Assembly (NCBI GenBank): GCA_910578615.1
Contig: CAJTRI010000001.1
Location: 162,172 to 226,171, forward strand
Reading direction: 5' to 3'
Length of the DNA: 64,000 bases
DNA from: an uncultured Duncaniella sp.
GTDB lineage: Bacteria > Bacteroidota > Bacteroidia > Bacteroidales > Muribaculaceae
Shown here: piece by piece, positions 35,234 through 45,200 of the stretch
How the letters are laid out: every line of letters begins with the position of its first letter
Numbering within the stretch: the first letter of the stretch is position 1
The notes under the pieces: model-generated
What the model saw: only the letters and a program-made list of their open reading frames with translations
Database searches by the model: none
Told to the model about the DNA's origin: nothing
Position numbers and translations under genes: made by a program

Positions 35234-37330
35234 TCAGGGGTTCAGCTGTTTGCGGGTCTCGGCGTTATCTTCCAAGGCCGGGGTGTCCTCCTTTTTGAGT
35301 TCGGGGTAGGATATACGGGAATGGTACATGGTTCGCAGACGCTGTATGAAGGAGTCCTTTATAAGGCTGACATCCTTGAACGAGATGGGTGACTGGTTGT
35401 GGAGTCCGTCGGCTATCTGGCCGTCTATTATCCTGTTGACCAACGCGGAGATAGCCTCGGGCGAATGGTCGGTCATGGAACGTGATGCGGCCTCGATGGA
35501 GTCGGCCATCATGAGCAGCGATGTCTCGCGGCTCTGAGGGTTGGGGCCGGGATAGGAAAACGGTCTTTCGTCCACTGTCTCGCCGGGATGGGCGTTGGCA
35601 TACGTGTTGTAGAAATACTTGGCCTTTCCCGCGCCATGATGTTCGGCTATGAAGGCACGTATGGTCATGGGTAGTTTGGCCTTTTCGGCCATTGCAAGGC
35701 CGTCGCGCACATGGTCGGTCACGATCTTGGCGCTCTGTATAGGGCTGAGGGCGTCGTGAGGGTTTACACCGTGCTGGTTTTCGGTGAAAAAGGCAGGATT
35801 CTTAATCTTTCCTATATCGTGATAAAGTGCTCCCGTACGCACCATCTGCACGTTTGCCCCTATCCGCAGGGCTGCGGCAGACGCGAGATTGCTTACGGCC
35901 ATGGAATGGTTGAAAGTCCCGGGACATTTCTCAGACAGTTCGCGCAGCAGCGGGTTGTTGGTGTCAGACAGTTCTACGAGCGTCACCCTCGAAGTGAAAC
36001 CGAACAGCCTTTCCAGCAGGAACATGAGCACATAGCTGAAAGATATGAGTATGGCGTTGGCTCCGAGCGCTCCGAACACCCTTGGCTCGGCATCGGCCAG
36101 CGTGCCGGTCTGCATTATCTCTATGGCCACGTAGCATAGCGAGTAGAAGACGAATATAAGTCCCGCCGTCCGCAGCAGCTGGCTGCGTCTTGAAAGGTCT
36201 TTGAGAGAATCTATGGCCACCACGCCGGCTATAAGCTGCATGAAGATGAATTCGAGTGGCGCCGTGGCAAGAAGGGCGCATATAAGGGTCTCCACAAGTA
36301 GGCAGAAGTAGGCAGTCCGTGAGTCGAGGAACACCACTATCATTATGGCTACCATGGTGAACGGGACTATGTAGACGGAGAGTCTGAACGCCGCGTCCAT
36401 GGCAAAGGCGAAGAGGGCGAAGAATGCCACGAAAGTGGTCAGGAAGATGATGGTGCGGTCGTTGTGGAAATATTCGGGACGGAAGAAAAACAGATAGCAG
36501 TAGAGTGCCCCGAGGAGGATTGTCAGATATAGTGCCTGTCCGGCGACCGGGTAGTGATGCTGTGACAGCTGGCCTGTGTTGCGTTCCTCGGCCATTTCCT
36601 CATATGTGTCGAGTATGGTTGCTATCATGGGGGTCACAAGCTCCCCTTCGTCCACGATTCTCTCTCCCTGTTGCTTTACGTCTATCGGCGCCATGGCCTT
36701 CATATAGCTCTCCTCAAGCAGGCGGGTGGTTGTCAGAGTGTCGAGGAAGATATTGGGTTGGAGTAGTTCGGAGAGGCGTGTGGCCGAGAGAGCCGAGCGC
36801 ACCTCCTTGTCGCGGAACAGGCTGTCAAGGTGTTCGTAGGCACGGAATGCTGACAGATACCGTGTGGTGGGGATGGAAATGGCCACATTGTCGTGGACGA
36901 ACCTCACCGCCGGCAGCTCACCGGCGGCAATCTTGGCATAGACGTCGCGTTTCACTATGCCGTTCTCATATATCTGCCTTATGGCTTTTATAATCTGGTT
37001 TTTCTGTGCCGGCGTGATGTCAAGTCCCTCGGTCGAGTTGAGACGTGTGGTATAGTCGGAGATGATGGTCTTCTCCATCGCTATGTCGCGTTTGAACACA
37101 GGCTCGAAATTGGCGTCAATGGAGTCCTTTACCCTTGCCGCGCTCACGGAGTCCAGATGTACGGGGATGTCAAACGGTGCTGTCAGCAGGGCATACTTCC
37201 ACGGGCGGTTTACCTCATAGACAAAGTGGTTCTTGTCCGTGCGGGGCATGAAGTAGACAAGCAGTGCCAGCGTGCCGATAAAGAGGATGACTCTCAGTGG
37301 AATTCCGTGTGATAAGGATTGTCTTGTCAT
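35234..37330 (-). CDS. 7TM receptor with intracellular HD/HDIG phosphohydrolase domain (PgpH/YqfF family)
   Basis: An N-terminal extracellular domain is followed by 7 TM helices and an HD domain with HSMAVSNL and GALYHDIGK. The start is set at MTRQSL (ATG 37330), which overlaps the DUF2752 stop by 4 nt. Confidence 0.85.
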   Translation of the reverse strand: MTRQSLSHGIPLRVILFIGTLALLVYFMPRTDKNHFVYEVNRPWKYALLTAPFDIPVHLDSVSAARVKDSIDANFEPVFKRDIAMEKTIISDYTTRLNSTEGLDITPAQKNQIIKAIRQIYENGIVKRDVYAKIAAGELPAVRFVHDNVAISIPTTRYLSAFRAYEHLDSLFRDKEVRSALSATRLSELLQPNIFLDTLTTTRLLEESYMKAMAPIDVKQQGERIVDEGELVTPMIATILDTYEEMAEERNTGQLSQHHYPVAGQALYLTILLGALYCYLFFFRPEYFHNDRTIIFLTTFVAFFALFAFAMDAAFRLSVYIVPFTMVAIMIVVFLDSRTAYFCLLVETLICALLATAPLEFIFMQLIAGVVAIDSLKDLSRRSQLLRTAGLIFVFYSLCYVAIEIMQTGTLADAEPRVFGALGANAILISFSYVLMFLLERLFGFTSRVTLVELSDTNNPLLRELSEKCPGTFNHSMAVSNLASAAALRIGANVQMVRTGALYHDIGKIKNPAFFTENQHGVNPHDALSPIQSAKIVTDHVRDGLAMAEKAKLPMTIRAFIAEHHGAGKAKYFYNTYANAHPGETVDERPFSYPGPNPQSRETSLLMMADSIEAASRSMTDHSPEAISALVNRIIDGQIADGLHNQSPISFKDVSLIKDSFIQRLRTMYHSRISYPELKKEDTPALEDNAETRKQLNP

Positions 37331-37725
37331 ATTTGCGCGATGTTTCTGGCTATCGTCCAGATGATTATGAGCGTGAGTAGGGTGAGGATGAGGGTTTGTG
37401 AGTTGAGAGCCTTTCTGAATCCCGGATAGCGTCCCCGCAACAGCCATGCGACTGTCAGTGCCACCATCAGGGGCAGTTCTATAAGCAGCATGGCGTTGAG
37501 ACGCCATGCCCCTGCAATGTCTCCGTGCAGCAAGGAGTGGAGGGCGCGCTGTGATCCGCAGCCGGGACAACGCCAGCCGGTCATCGTCAGGAAGGGGCAG
37601 CGTGGGAACAGTCCGCTCTCTGACGGGTCAAAGACGAAATAGACCGTCGCTATGCCTGCCACGGCCATCAGAGCCACTGCCGTGACAGCCATGGTAGAGG
37701 CTGTCTTCCTGTGGATCTGGCTCAT
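37327..37725 (-). CDS. DUF2752 membrane protein
   Basis: The motif CPFLTMTGWRCPGCGSQRALHSLLHGD is followed by TM helices, as in DUF2752. Confidence 0.8.
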   Translation of the reverse strand: MSQIHRKTASTMAVTAVALMAVAGIATVYFVFDPSESGLFPRCPFLTMTGWRCPGCGSQRALHSLLHGDIAGAWRLNAMLLIELPLMVALTVAWLLRGRYPGFRKALNSQTLILTLLTLIIIWTIARNIAQI

Positions 37726-37729
37726 TGCG

Positions 37730-38263
37730 TCAGAGGGCTGTCAGCAGGGAATAGAGCGTGTAGAAAGGTGCCCATATCAGGCCGGACACGAAGGTGATTA
37801 TCACCCACAATCCGGCTTTTGAGGAGGCGTCCCGTGCTCCGGCAAAGTCTCCCCGGTTGTATAGCGGAGCCACTTTCGAGGCGTATATTATAGCCACTAT
37901 GCCTGTCACGAGACAGCAGCAAATGGTTGAGAGTATGGCCCATACCAGATAGGTCGGAGGCATCTCGGGATAGCCCTGCGGCCTTGTGTCCGGCCGGGAG
38001 GGGGTGCCGGGCGCTCCTACGGCCTTGTTGTAGACACCTGCATAAGGGTCTGATACCGTAGCGGTGCTACCGTATTCGGGCCGGGGCTGTTCATGTGTCC
38101 GGCCGAATATCTCGTCAGCCTCGGGAAGTTGTGACGCGGTCGTCCAGTCGGCGAGTCCCTGACGCCATATAGGGGTGTCAGGGCCGAATTCGGGGAACAG
38201 TCTCAGATGTTCCTTCTCCACCGGGCCGCGCTGTTCGTTGTTGATGACTATCCAATATTGCAT
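37730..38263 (-). CDS. GYF_2 (DUF4339) domain fused to a CD225/dispanin (IFITM-like) membrane domain
   Basis: The N-terminus is MQYWIVINNEQRGPVEKEHLRLF..IWRQGLADWTTASQLPE (GYF_2). The C-terminus is YLVWAILSTICCCLVTGIVAIIYASKVAPLYNRGDFAGARDASSKAGLW (CD225 signature). The start is set at ATG 38263. Confidence 0.8.
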   Translation of the reverse strand: MQYWIVINNEQRGPVEKEHLRLFPEFGPDTPIWRQGLADWTTASQLPEADEIFGRTHEQPRPEYGSTATVSDPYAGVYNKAVGAPGTPSRPDTRPQGYPEMPPTYLVWAILSTICCCLVTGIVAIIYASKVAPLYNRGDFAGARDASSKAGLWVIITFVSGLIWAPFYTLYSLLTAL

Positions 38264-38289
38264 CGTGTATCCGTTTATGGGTATAGGGT

Positions 38290-38349
38290 AAAAAAGGAAG
38301 TCAGGAATCCCCGACCTGCGGACTGGCAGGGAATGGATGATTCCTGACT
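38290..38349 (-). terminator. Terminator of deoC
   Basis: On the minus strand an 11-bp stem pairs AGTCAGGAATC with GATTCCTGACT (38349..38339 and 38309..38299), followed by TCCTTTTTTA. It lies 13 nt after the stop. Confidence 0.7.
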
Positions 38350-38361
38350 CCTGATACCTGG

Positions 38362-39246
38362 TTAGAAGAATTTCGTTTCGGCTCCGAGGATGTCGCTGAG
38401 CAGGTTGTTGGCCAGACGTGAGGCTCCTATGCGGAAATACTCGTTGGTCTGTACCCATTTCTCGCCAAGCACCTCGCGCACTATCGTGTAATATTTCAGC
38501 GCGTCATCTGTGGTGGCGACACCGCCGGCTACCTTGAAGCCGGCCATGCGGCCTGTCTTCTCGTAATACTCCTTGATGCATTCGCACATGATGTAGGCGG
38601 CTTCGAGTGAGGCGCCGGCTACCTCCTTGCCGGTGGAGGTCTTGATGAAGTCGGCACCCGAATAGAGCGCGAGTACGGATGCGTTACGTATGTTCTCGGC
38701 TGTTTTCAGCGCCCCGGTCTCGAGGATGACCTTGCACAAGGACTCGCGGCAGGAGTGTTTCATCTCGCTGAGTTGGTCGCACACCTCTTCATAATCTTTG
38801 TCGAAGAAGTCGCCGAGTGGAAGGACTACGTCGATCTCGTCGGCGCCGGACTCTACGGCAAGACCTATCTCGGCCACCTTGACCTCTATGAAACTCTGGG
38901 CCGAAGGGAAGCACCCTGCAACGGCGCAGATATCCACGGAGCTGACGTCGAGCACGGTGCGGACGATAGGAACGAAGTTGGGATAGACACAGATTGACGC
39001 CACGTTGGGAAGGTCGGGGTGCTCGTCGTCGAAGGCGTTGACACGTTCGGTGAAGTCGGCCACGGAACGCTGTGAATCTGTGGATTTCAGCGTGGTGAGG
39101 TCTATGGAGTTGAAGCACTGGCGGAGCACTTCGGGCTTGCGGTTCTCTTCAAGGTGCTTGTCGAGGATTTCCTGGACTCTGGCTGCCACCACGGCGTCAT
39201 CCGTTGTGACGCGGCAGTCGGCTATGGCCTGCTGGTATTTATCCAT
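38362..39246 (-). CDS. deoC: Deoxyribose-phosphate aldolase (long form)
   Basis: 294 aa. Contains ICVYPNFV, and the Schiff-base lysine context is FIKTSTGK. Confidence 0.88.
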   Translation of the reverse strand: MDKYQQAIADCRVTTDDAVVAARVQEILDKHLEENRKPEVLRQCFNSIDLTTLKSTDSQRSVADFTERVNAFDDEHPDLPNVASICVYPNFVPIVRTVLDVSSVDICAVAGCFPSAQSFIEVKVAEIGLAVESGADEIDVVLPLGDFFDKDYEEVCDQLSEMKHSCRESLCKVILETGALKTAENIRNASVLALYSGADFIKTSTGKEVAGASLEAAYIMCECIKEYYEKTGRMAGFKVAGGVATTDDALKYYTIVREVLGEKWVQTNEYFRIGASRLANNLLSDILGAETKFF

Positions 39247-39384
39247 AGGTGATATGGTTTTAAATGATTATTGCTTTTGTCTCTTGCCGGTAAAAGGCTT
39301 CTTAACGTTTTGGTAACAAGCGGCTTTGGCGAAAAGTTCGATGCCGCCGCGTCCGTGGGCCTTGTGTGGCCCGCAGGGGAATGA

Positions 39385-39416
39385 CAAATTTAGAAAAAAC
39401 CTCCCGATTATGCAAA
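39385..39416 (-). promoter_or_regulatory. Promoter of deoC (minus strand TTTG-N20-TAaaTTTG)
   Basis: On the plus strand, CAAATTTA lies at 39385-39392 and CAAA at 39413-39416, exactly 20 nt apart. The implied 5' leader is about 130 nt. Confidence 0.6.
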
Positions 39417-39472
39417 TGGTTTTTTAGTGTGTGGCAGAAGATTGGCTCCCGCAGCCCCCTGATAGCGCGCAT

Positions 39473-39835
39473 TCATATGTCCTGTTCCTTATCCTTGAAC
39501 CTTAGACCGTCACGGCGGTTCTTTTTCTCGATATTCTTTCTTACGGCTTCTGTCAGGTCTATCCCGGTCTGGTTGGCTATCGCTGTCAGCACCCACAGGA
39601 GGTCGGCAAGCTCGTCGGCGAGGTTCTCCTTGTCGCCGGGTTTGGCACGCTGGTCGCCATATTTCCGGGCCATCACGCGTGCCACTTCCCCCGTCTCCTC
39701 CGCGAGTATCACGGCATTGGTAAGAGGTGAGAAATAACCGCCTCCGACGGTGGTTATCCAATCGTGGACGGCATGTTGCAGCTCTCCGAGAGTAGTGGGA
39801 GCCGTGATGGGGGAATTTGCGGTGTCGTTATTCAC
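39473..39835 (-). CDS. MazG-like nucleotide pyrophosphohydrolase (small, single-domain)
   Basis: 120 aa with EETGEVARV and ELADLLWVL (EExxE..D motifs). The GTG start overlaps the dtd stop by 8 nt. Confidence 0.8.
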   Translation of the reverse strand: MNNDTANSPITAPTTLGELQHAVHDWITTVGGGYFSPLTNAVILAEETGEVARVMARKYGDQRAKPGDKENLADELADLLWVLTAIANQTGIDLTEAVRKNIEKKNRRDGLRFKDKEQDI

Positions 39836-40280
39836 GGAGTTTAGAATCTATTATAATGGTTACAGGGCCGTCATTGACGAGAGATACCTGCATGTCGGCT
39901 CCGAAGACCCCTTTCGATGTCTCTCGGCCCGTAAGACGCGTGCATTCCTCGCAATACAGCTCGTATAGGGGCACGGCAAGGTCGTGGCCTGCTGCACGGA
40001 TATAGCTCGGGCGGTTTCCCTTCCGGGTGGAAGCGTTGAGGGTGAACTGGCTCACGGCCAGAATCTCCCCTCCTGCCTCTATGACCGAGCGGTTCATCAC
40101 CCCTTTGTCATCGGGAAATATGCGCATTGCCGCCGTTTTGGCCGCAAGCCAGCGGGCATCCTCTTCGGAATCCCCGTCGGCGACTCCCACCAGCACCATC
40201 AGACCGTGTCCGATGCCGCTGTGGATGTTTCCTTCTATCTCGACCGCAGCGCGGCCCACACGTTGGATTACAAGTCTCAT
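39828..40280 (-). CDS. dtd: D-aminoacyl-tRNA deacylase
   Basis: MRLVIQRV.., SQFTL and NDGPVT. The track start at 40289 is a TTG; I prefer ATG 40280. Confidence 0.92.
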   Translation of the reverse strand: MRLVIQRVGRAAVEIEGNIHSGIGHGLMVLVGVADGDSEEDARWLAAKTAAMRIFPDDKGVMNRSVIEAGGEILAVSQFTLNASTRKGNRPSYIRAAGHDLAVPLYELYCEECTRLTGRETSKGVFGADMQVSLVNDGPVTIIIDSKLRE

Positions 40281-40286
40281 AGGGCG

Positions 40287-40294
40287 CAAAGATA
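40287..40294 (-). promoter_or_regulatory. -7 box TAtcTTTG, 6 nt upstream of the dtd ATG (near-leaderless)
   Basis: The plus strand reads CAAAGATA at 40287-40294. No clear -33 TTTG is present. Confidence 0.4.
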
Positions 40295-40310
40295 CGGAAA
40301 AAACAAGAAT

Positions 40311-40371
40311 AAAAAAAGAATACCCGGTACGTCTGTCCCACGCTGTGCGGAGGTGGGGACGTACCGGGTAT
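40311..40371 (-). terminator. Rho-independent terminator of the susC/susD-like pair
   Basis: On the minus strand a 14-bp perfect stem pairs ATACCCGGTACGTC with GACGTACCGGGTAT (40371..40358 and 40333..40320), followed by TCTTTTTTT. Confidence 0.88.
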
Positions 40372-40413
40372 ACGGGTCACGGGTCATAACGGCCGGGACT
40401 TCGCGGCTGCCTG

Positions 40414-42228
40414 TCAATAACCGGGATTCTGGTATTCGGCCGGATTGGCTATAAGGAGGATTTCGGCGTCAGGAATCGGGCGCAGGTAATGAACCTTGCC
40501 GTCAAACCGGGTGATCTGCGGGTTGGCCTTGGCTATACGTGACTCGAAGGCGCGGAAACGTTTTAGCGTCATCCATCTACCCCACTCCCCTATCATCTCG
40601 CGGGCATACTCGTCAAGAAGGAAGTCGGCGTCAATATCTCCTGCGGTCACGTCCAGACTGTGGTCGTGGTTTTCACAGGCACGGTTGCGCAGTTCGTTAA
40701 CGCGGGTGGCGTTCGGCCGTCCGAGCCGCCAGTCTATTTCAGCCGCGAGGAGGTATGTCTCGCCAAGACGGTAGATGATATTGTCTGACGACGAATAGGG
40801 CTTGTTGGCATTGGTGCCTGCATAGAGTGACGGGCAGTCACCCTTTTTCAGACTCGGGAAGAATTTCAGGGGCCGTGCCGGATCGGCGTAGTTGTCGGCG
40901 ATGTTGACGATGGCATAGCGGCACCTGTCACGGTCAGCCTGTGAAACGGTCTTGCGCGAGATGTGTACGGCGGTGTCGCCGAGTGTGATGTTGAAGGCCG
41001 GATTGCCCACGCGTCCTTCTGCAAGATTGTAACGCTTGGCGTCTGTCGTGCTCCATGTGTAGGCCGTACCGTCATCGCTTGTCGCCTTGTTCACATAATA
41101 TGTGTCCTTGAAGAAGGCCTTGTAGCGCATGTCCTTATCCGCATAAAGGTCAAGCATGTATTTTGACGGCTCCATGTAGCAGTTTCCTTTGGCGAGTTTG
41201 GGAACATCGAAGCCGTTTACCTCCGTGGCATAGCTTGCCACCATCCCGTCAAGGAATATTCCAGAAGTGTTGGCGTTATAGGCCTCGGCGTGTTTCCACG
41301 CACGGTTGTAATAGTTTCCACGCGGGTTGTAGGCATTGATGGACGAATGGGTCACTACGAAGAGGGCTTCCTCGTTGGTCTTGTTGTTGTTCTCGTCAAA
41401 GACCTCGTTGACATCAGCGTAGAACCTCACTCCGAGGGACTGGGCGTTGTCTATAAGGTAGCCGGCGGCCTTTCCGGCCTCTTCGAGGAGCTTACGGCTG
41501 TCTGATTCGGAGAGGGCATCGGCATAACCCAGCCCGTCGGTATAGGTGGAATAGGTCAGACAGGCCTTTGCATAGAGATGGTATGCCGCCGCGCGTGTGA
41601 CGTGGCCCCTCACCTCTTGGTTGACGGGAAGGTTCTCCATGGCAAACCTGAGGTCGTCGAGTATCACCTCGTAGAAGTCGTTCACCTTGCTGCATGAGGG
41701 TGATGATATAGGCGAGTCGGTGGGGTGGAGAGGGAGGTATTTCCCGCCCCATTGCTCCACGATGTTGAAGAGCGCGTGGGCGCGTATGAAGCGGGCTTCG
41801 GCCACGAGGGCGTCTATTCTGTCCTGACTAAGCCCTTTGACACGCTCGGAACTTGTAATGGCGGCGTTGCAGGAGTTGAGTATGGCATAGAAGCCCGCAT
41901 ACCCTTCGTTGAGCATTCCGTTGGCCGAGCTGAAATCCTCATATCTCATGAGCTTGCTCCAGTTGCCGTTGGTGCCGTCGGGGTTGGCATCCTGCCATAT
42001 GTCCGTTCCGCCTTCTGCCACCATGAGGTATGTGTCCTCGGCCTGTCCGTAGACGATGCGCACGAGGTCGAAGTAGCAGTCGTTTATTTTTTTCTCGAAT
42101 CCGCTCGCGGTGCTCCATTCCTTTTTCGTAGACACGCCTGAAAGGTTCTCCTCTTCGAGACTGCAAGAGGAGGTCACTGCGATCGTCACGGCACATGCCG
42201 CGATGGAGAGTGGTCTGTATAGTTTCAT
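40414..42228 (-). CDS. SusD/RagB-family nutrient-binding outer-membrane lipoprotein
   Basis: Lipoprotein signal ..AVTIAVTSSC. The 604 aa length, TPR-like N-terminal half and position immediately downstream of a SusC-like gene all fit. Confidence 0.9.
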   Translation of the reverse strand: MKLYRPLSIAACAVTIAVTSSCSLEEENLSGVSTKKEWSTASGFEKKINDCYFDLVRIVYGQAEDTYLMVAEGGTDIWQDANPDGTNGNWSKLMRYEDFSSANGMLNEGYAGFYAILNSCNAAITSSERVKGLSQDRIDALVAEARFIRAHALFNIVEQWGGKYLPLHPTDSPISSPSCSKVNDFYEVILDDLRFAMENLPVNQEVRGHVTRAAAYHLYAKACLTYSTYTDGLGYADALSESDSRKLLEEAGKAAGYLIDNAQSLGVRFYADVNEVFDENNNKTNEEALFVVTHSSINAYNPRGNYYNRAWKHAEAYNANTSGIFLDGMVASYATEVNGFDVPKLAKGNCYMEPSKYMLDLYADKDMRYKAFFKDTYYVNKATSDDGTAYTWSTTDAKRYNLAEGRVGNPAFNITLGDTAVHISRKTVSQADRDRCRYAIVNIADNYADPARPLKFFPSLKKGDCPSLYAGTNANKPYSSSDNIIYRLGETYLLAAEIDWRLGRPNATRVNELRNRACENHDHSLDVTAGDIDADFLLDEYAREMIGEWGRWMTLKRFRAFESRIAKANPQITRFDGKVHYLRPIPDAEILLIANPAEYQNPGY

Positions 42229-42248
42229 CTGGTTATGTTTTTATGGTG

Positions 42249-45200
42249 TTAGAATGAGAGGTTGATACCGAATACGTATTGTTTCGAGAGAGGGGCCTCG
42301 TCATCATTGCCTCCCTTCTCGGGGTCGTAGTTTTTGAGATATTCTGATTTGGTGAATATGAACGGGTTGCTTGCCGTGAAATATATACGCGCGTTGTTGG
42401 CGCCGAACTTTCTGAGCCAGTTTTTTGGAAGGGTGTATCCAAGGGTTATATTCTTGATTTTAAGGTAAGAACCGTCATAATAGTTGATCCATTGCTGATA
42501 GGGGTCTTGTCCGTTGGATATGCTGGCGTCGGGTCTCGGGTAGCGTGCGTCCTGGTTCTCGGGAGTCCAGTAGTCGCATATGACGGGCGAGGGTGAGAGG
42601 CCGTCAGTCCTATACCATCCCGTCAGTCCGTAAGGTATTGTCCAACCCCAGCGGGCTATAAGGAGTACGCTGAGGTCGAATCCCTTATATGTAAACGTGT
42701 TGAGGAGGCTGCCTGACCATTTTGGGTCGGCCGAGCCGAGTACGTAGTAGTCATCGGTGTTGAGCTTGTAGTCAGGCTCGCCCTTCTCGGCTATGTGCAC
42801 CTGTCCGGGTTTCTGGCTGTATTTTGCAGCCTCCTCGGCCTGTGCTGTGCCCCATATGCCCGCATATTTGAAGCCGTAGTATGTATGGACGGCCTCTCCG
42901 GGGATAAGGTAATACTCGTTGAATTGCAGCGGGCCGTCGCTCGTGGTCTTGATGACCTCGTTCTTGTTGGTCGAGAATGTCAGTGTGGTTGTCCATGTGA
43001 AGTCGCGGTTGGTGATGTTGCGGCTTGTGACGGCGAGCTCCACGCCGGTGTTGCGTGTCTCCCCGACGTTTGACCAGATATTGAACGGCGAAGCTCCGTA
43101 GCCTCCGGCTGCGTATGGTAGGTTCTTTTTGAAGAGGAGGTCTTTGGTGTCTGTTCTGTACCAGTCGAGCGTGAAGTTGATGCGGTCGTTGAGGAAGCCG
43201 GCGTCAAGGCCTATGTTCAGGTTGTATGATTTCTCCCATCCGAGGTTCTTGTTGGCTATCGAGAGCTGGTAGCCGCTGTAAGCCTGTGCGATGTCCTGAA
43301 ACCCTATTATGCCGTTACGGCTGTAATCAAGGGTGGCGTATGCCGAGGCGCCCGCGTTGCCCGTGACGCCGTATTCGCCGCGTAGTTTGAGGTTGCTGAG
43401 CCAGATGAGGTCGCTCATGAAGTCCTCGTCGCTTATGCGCCATGCGAGGGAGCCGGCAGGGAAGACGTCCCATTTGTTGCCGCTGGCAAGGATCGACGCC
43501 CCGTCCCAGCGACTGCTTATGCTGGCCAGATAACGGCCTTTGTAGCTGTAATTGACGCGGAAGGCATAAGACATCTTCTGGGTCTGTACATATGAGGATG
43601 CTACCGTGGGGGTGCCGGTGGCGGCTCCGAGGTTGTGGTAGCCGTAGTCATCCGTGTCGAAGTCGTTGGCTGTGGCGTTGGAGGTCTCGGTGCGGTTTTT
43701 GGCCCATTCGGTTACGCCTGTGAGGGTGAAGCGGTGGTCTCGGTTGATGTCGAAGTTGTAGGTCAGGATGTTCTGCCATTTGTAGTTATAGACAAACGTA
43801 TTGTTGATCACGCCCGCCACCTTGCCGCTTTCAAGTCCTTGATAAGACCTCGTGCCGGTATAGCTGCTTGCTTTGAGGTTGCGGAAGTAGCCTCCGAGCA
43901 CCGACTTGAATGAGAGGCCGTTGACGGGTGTTATCTCCACGTAGGCCTGCGGTGTGACACTGAGTGTCTTTCGGTTGTTGGCATATTGGGCCGGGTCGTT
44001 GTCGGCGAGAGGGTTCATGTTTCCGTCTCCGAGGGGGTAGTCGGTGAGGTTGCCGTCCTCGTCATAGATATCGCCGAGCGGAGGCATGCATATTACGCGG
44101 TTCCACAGGCGGCTGTAACGGCGGTCGTTGTCAGAATACATGGCATAGAGGCTGAGCCCGTATTTCAGATACCGGCTGGCCTTAAAGTCGAGCTTCGTGC
44201 GGGCCGAATAGCGCCTCATCTCGTCCCCTTTCAGGAGGCCCTGTATATCGTAGTATCCGAGCGAGAACATCGCGTCCACGCGGTCGTTGGAATAGGCTGT
44301 GTTGAGGTTGTAGCTCTGCGTGTGGCCGGTCTGTGCCGCCTCGTCGGCCCAGTCTACCCATTTCCCTTGGTCGATAAAGTCCTGCATGTAGGCGGGGAAC
44401 AGTTTGTCGTCATCTGCTGGACTGTTCCACACCCCGGCAGTGCGCTGGGCCTCGCGGCGGAAGTCGATGTAGCGTTGTCCCCGGTTCACCTCAGGGAAGC
44501 TGCTGATGGTGTTCCATCCGTAATAGCCGTCAAAGTTGACCGTGAAGCGTCCCTGCTGGGGATTCTTGGTGGTGATGATGATGACGCCGTTGGCACCGGC
44601 CGAACCGTATATGGCCGTGCTTGATGCGCCTTTTAGCACCTCGATGGAGGCGATGTCATTGGGGTTCAGCTCCTCATATGACCCCTCGATGCCGTCGATG
44701 ATGAACAGTGGGTTGTTGTCGCCGTTTATCGAGCGTGTGCCTCGCAGGCTCATGTTCACGCCTGATCCGGCCTCACCGCTGGTGCGGGTGATGTCAAGGC
44801 CGGGCACCTGTCCCTGTATGGCCTCGATGACGTTGCCGGTGGGTGTGCGCACTATGTCTTCTGCCTTGACCGATGAGATGGCTCCCGTCAGGTCTCGTTT
44901 GCGCATTGTGCCGTATCCGATGGCCACAACCTCGTCAAGCGAAACTCCTTCTGACTTCATCTCCACCTCCATTTCCTTACCTGTGGCAGCCATCTTCACA
45001 TCGGGATAGCCTATGTAGGAGAATATAAGGGTAGAGTTTTCGGGAGCCTTGATTGAAAAATTGCCGTCTATGTCGGTCGAGCCTCCGAGGCCCGGTTTTC
45101 CGTCAACAGTCACGCTCACGCCCACCATCGGTTCGCCGTTCTCGTCGACCACATGGCCTTTTAATGTCTGAGTCTGGTTAGGTTGTTGGTTTACAGAGTA

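Noticed and set aside
37331-37570. N-terminal extensions of track ORFs. Examples are 80 extra aa on the 7TM-HD gene, and also 6459-6485, 7984-8076, 9927-9986, 11836-11931, 14064-14156, 25641-25748, 32414-32524, 38264-38458, 45357-45437, 45798-45830 and 46561-46827.
   Set aside because: The extensions overlap upstream genes or promoter boxes and often begin at GTG or TTG. They translate to Arg/His/Pro-rich non-protein-like sequence. Internal ATGs give canonical N-termini or signal peptides.
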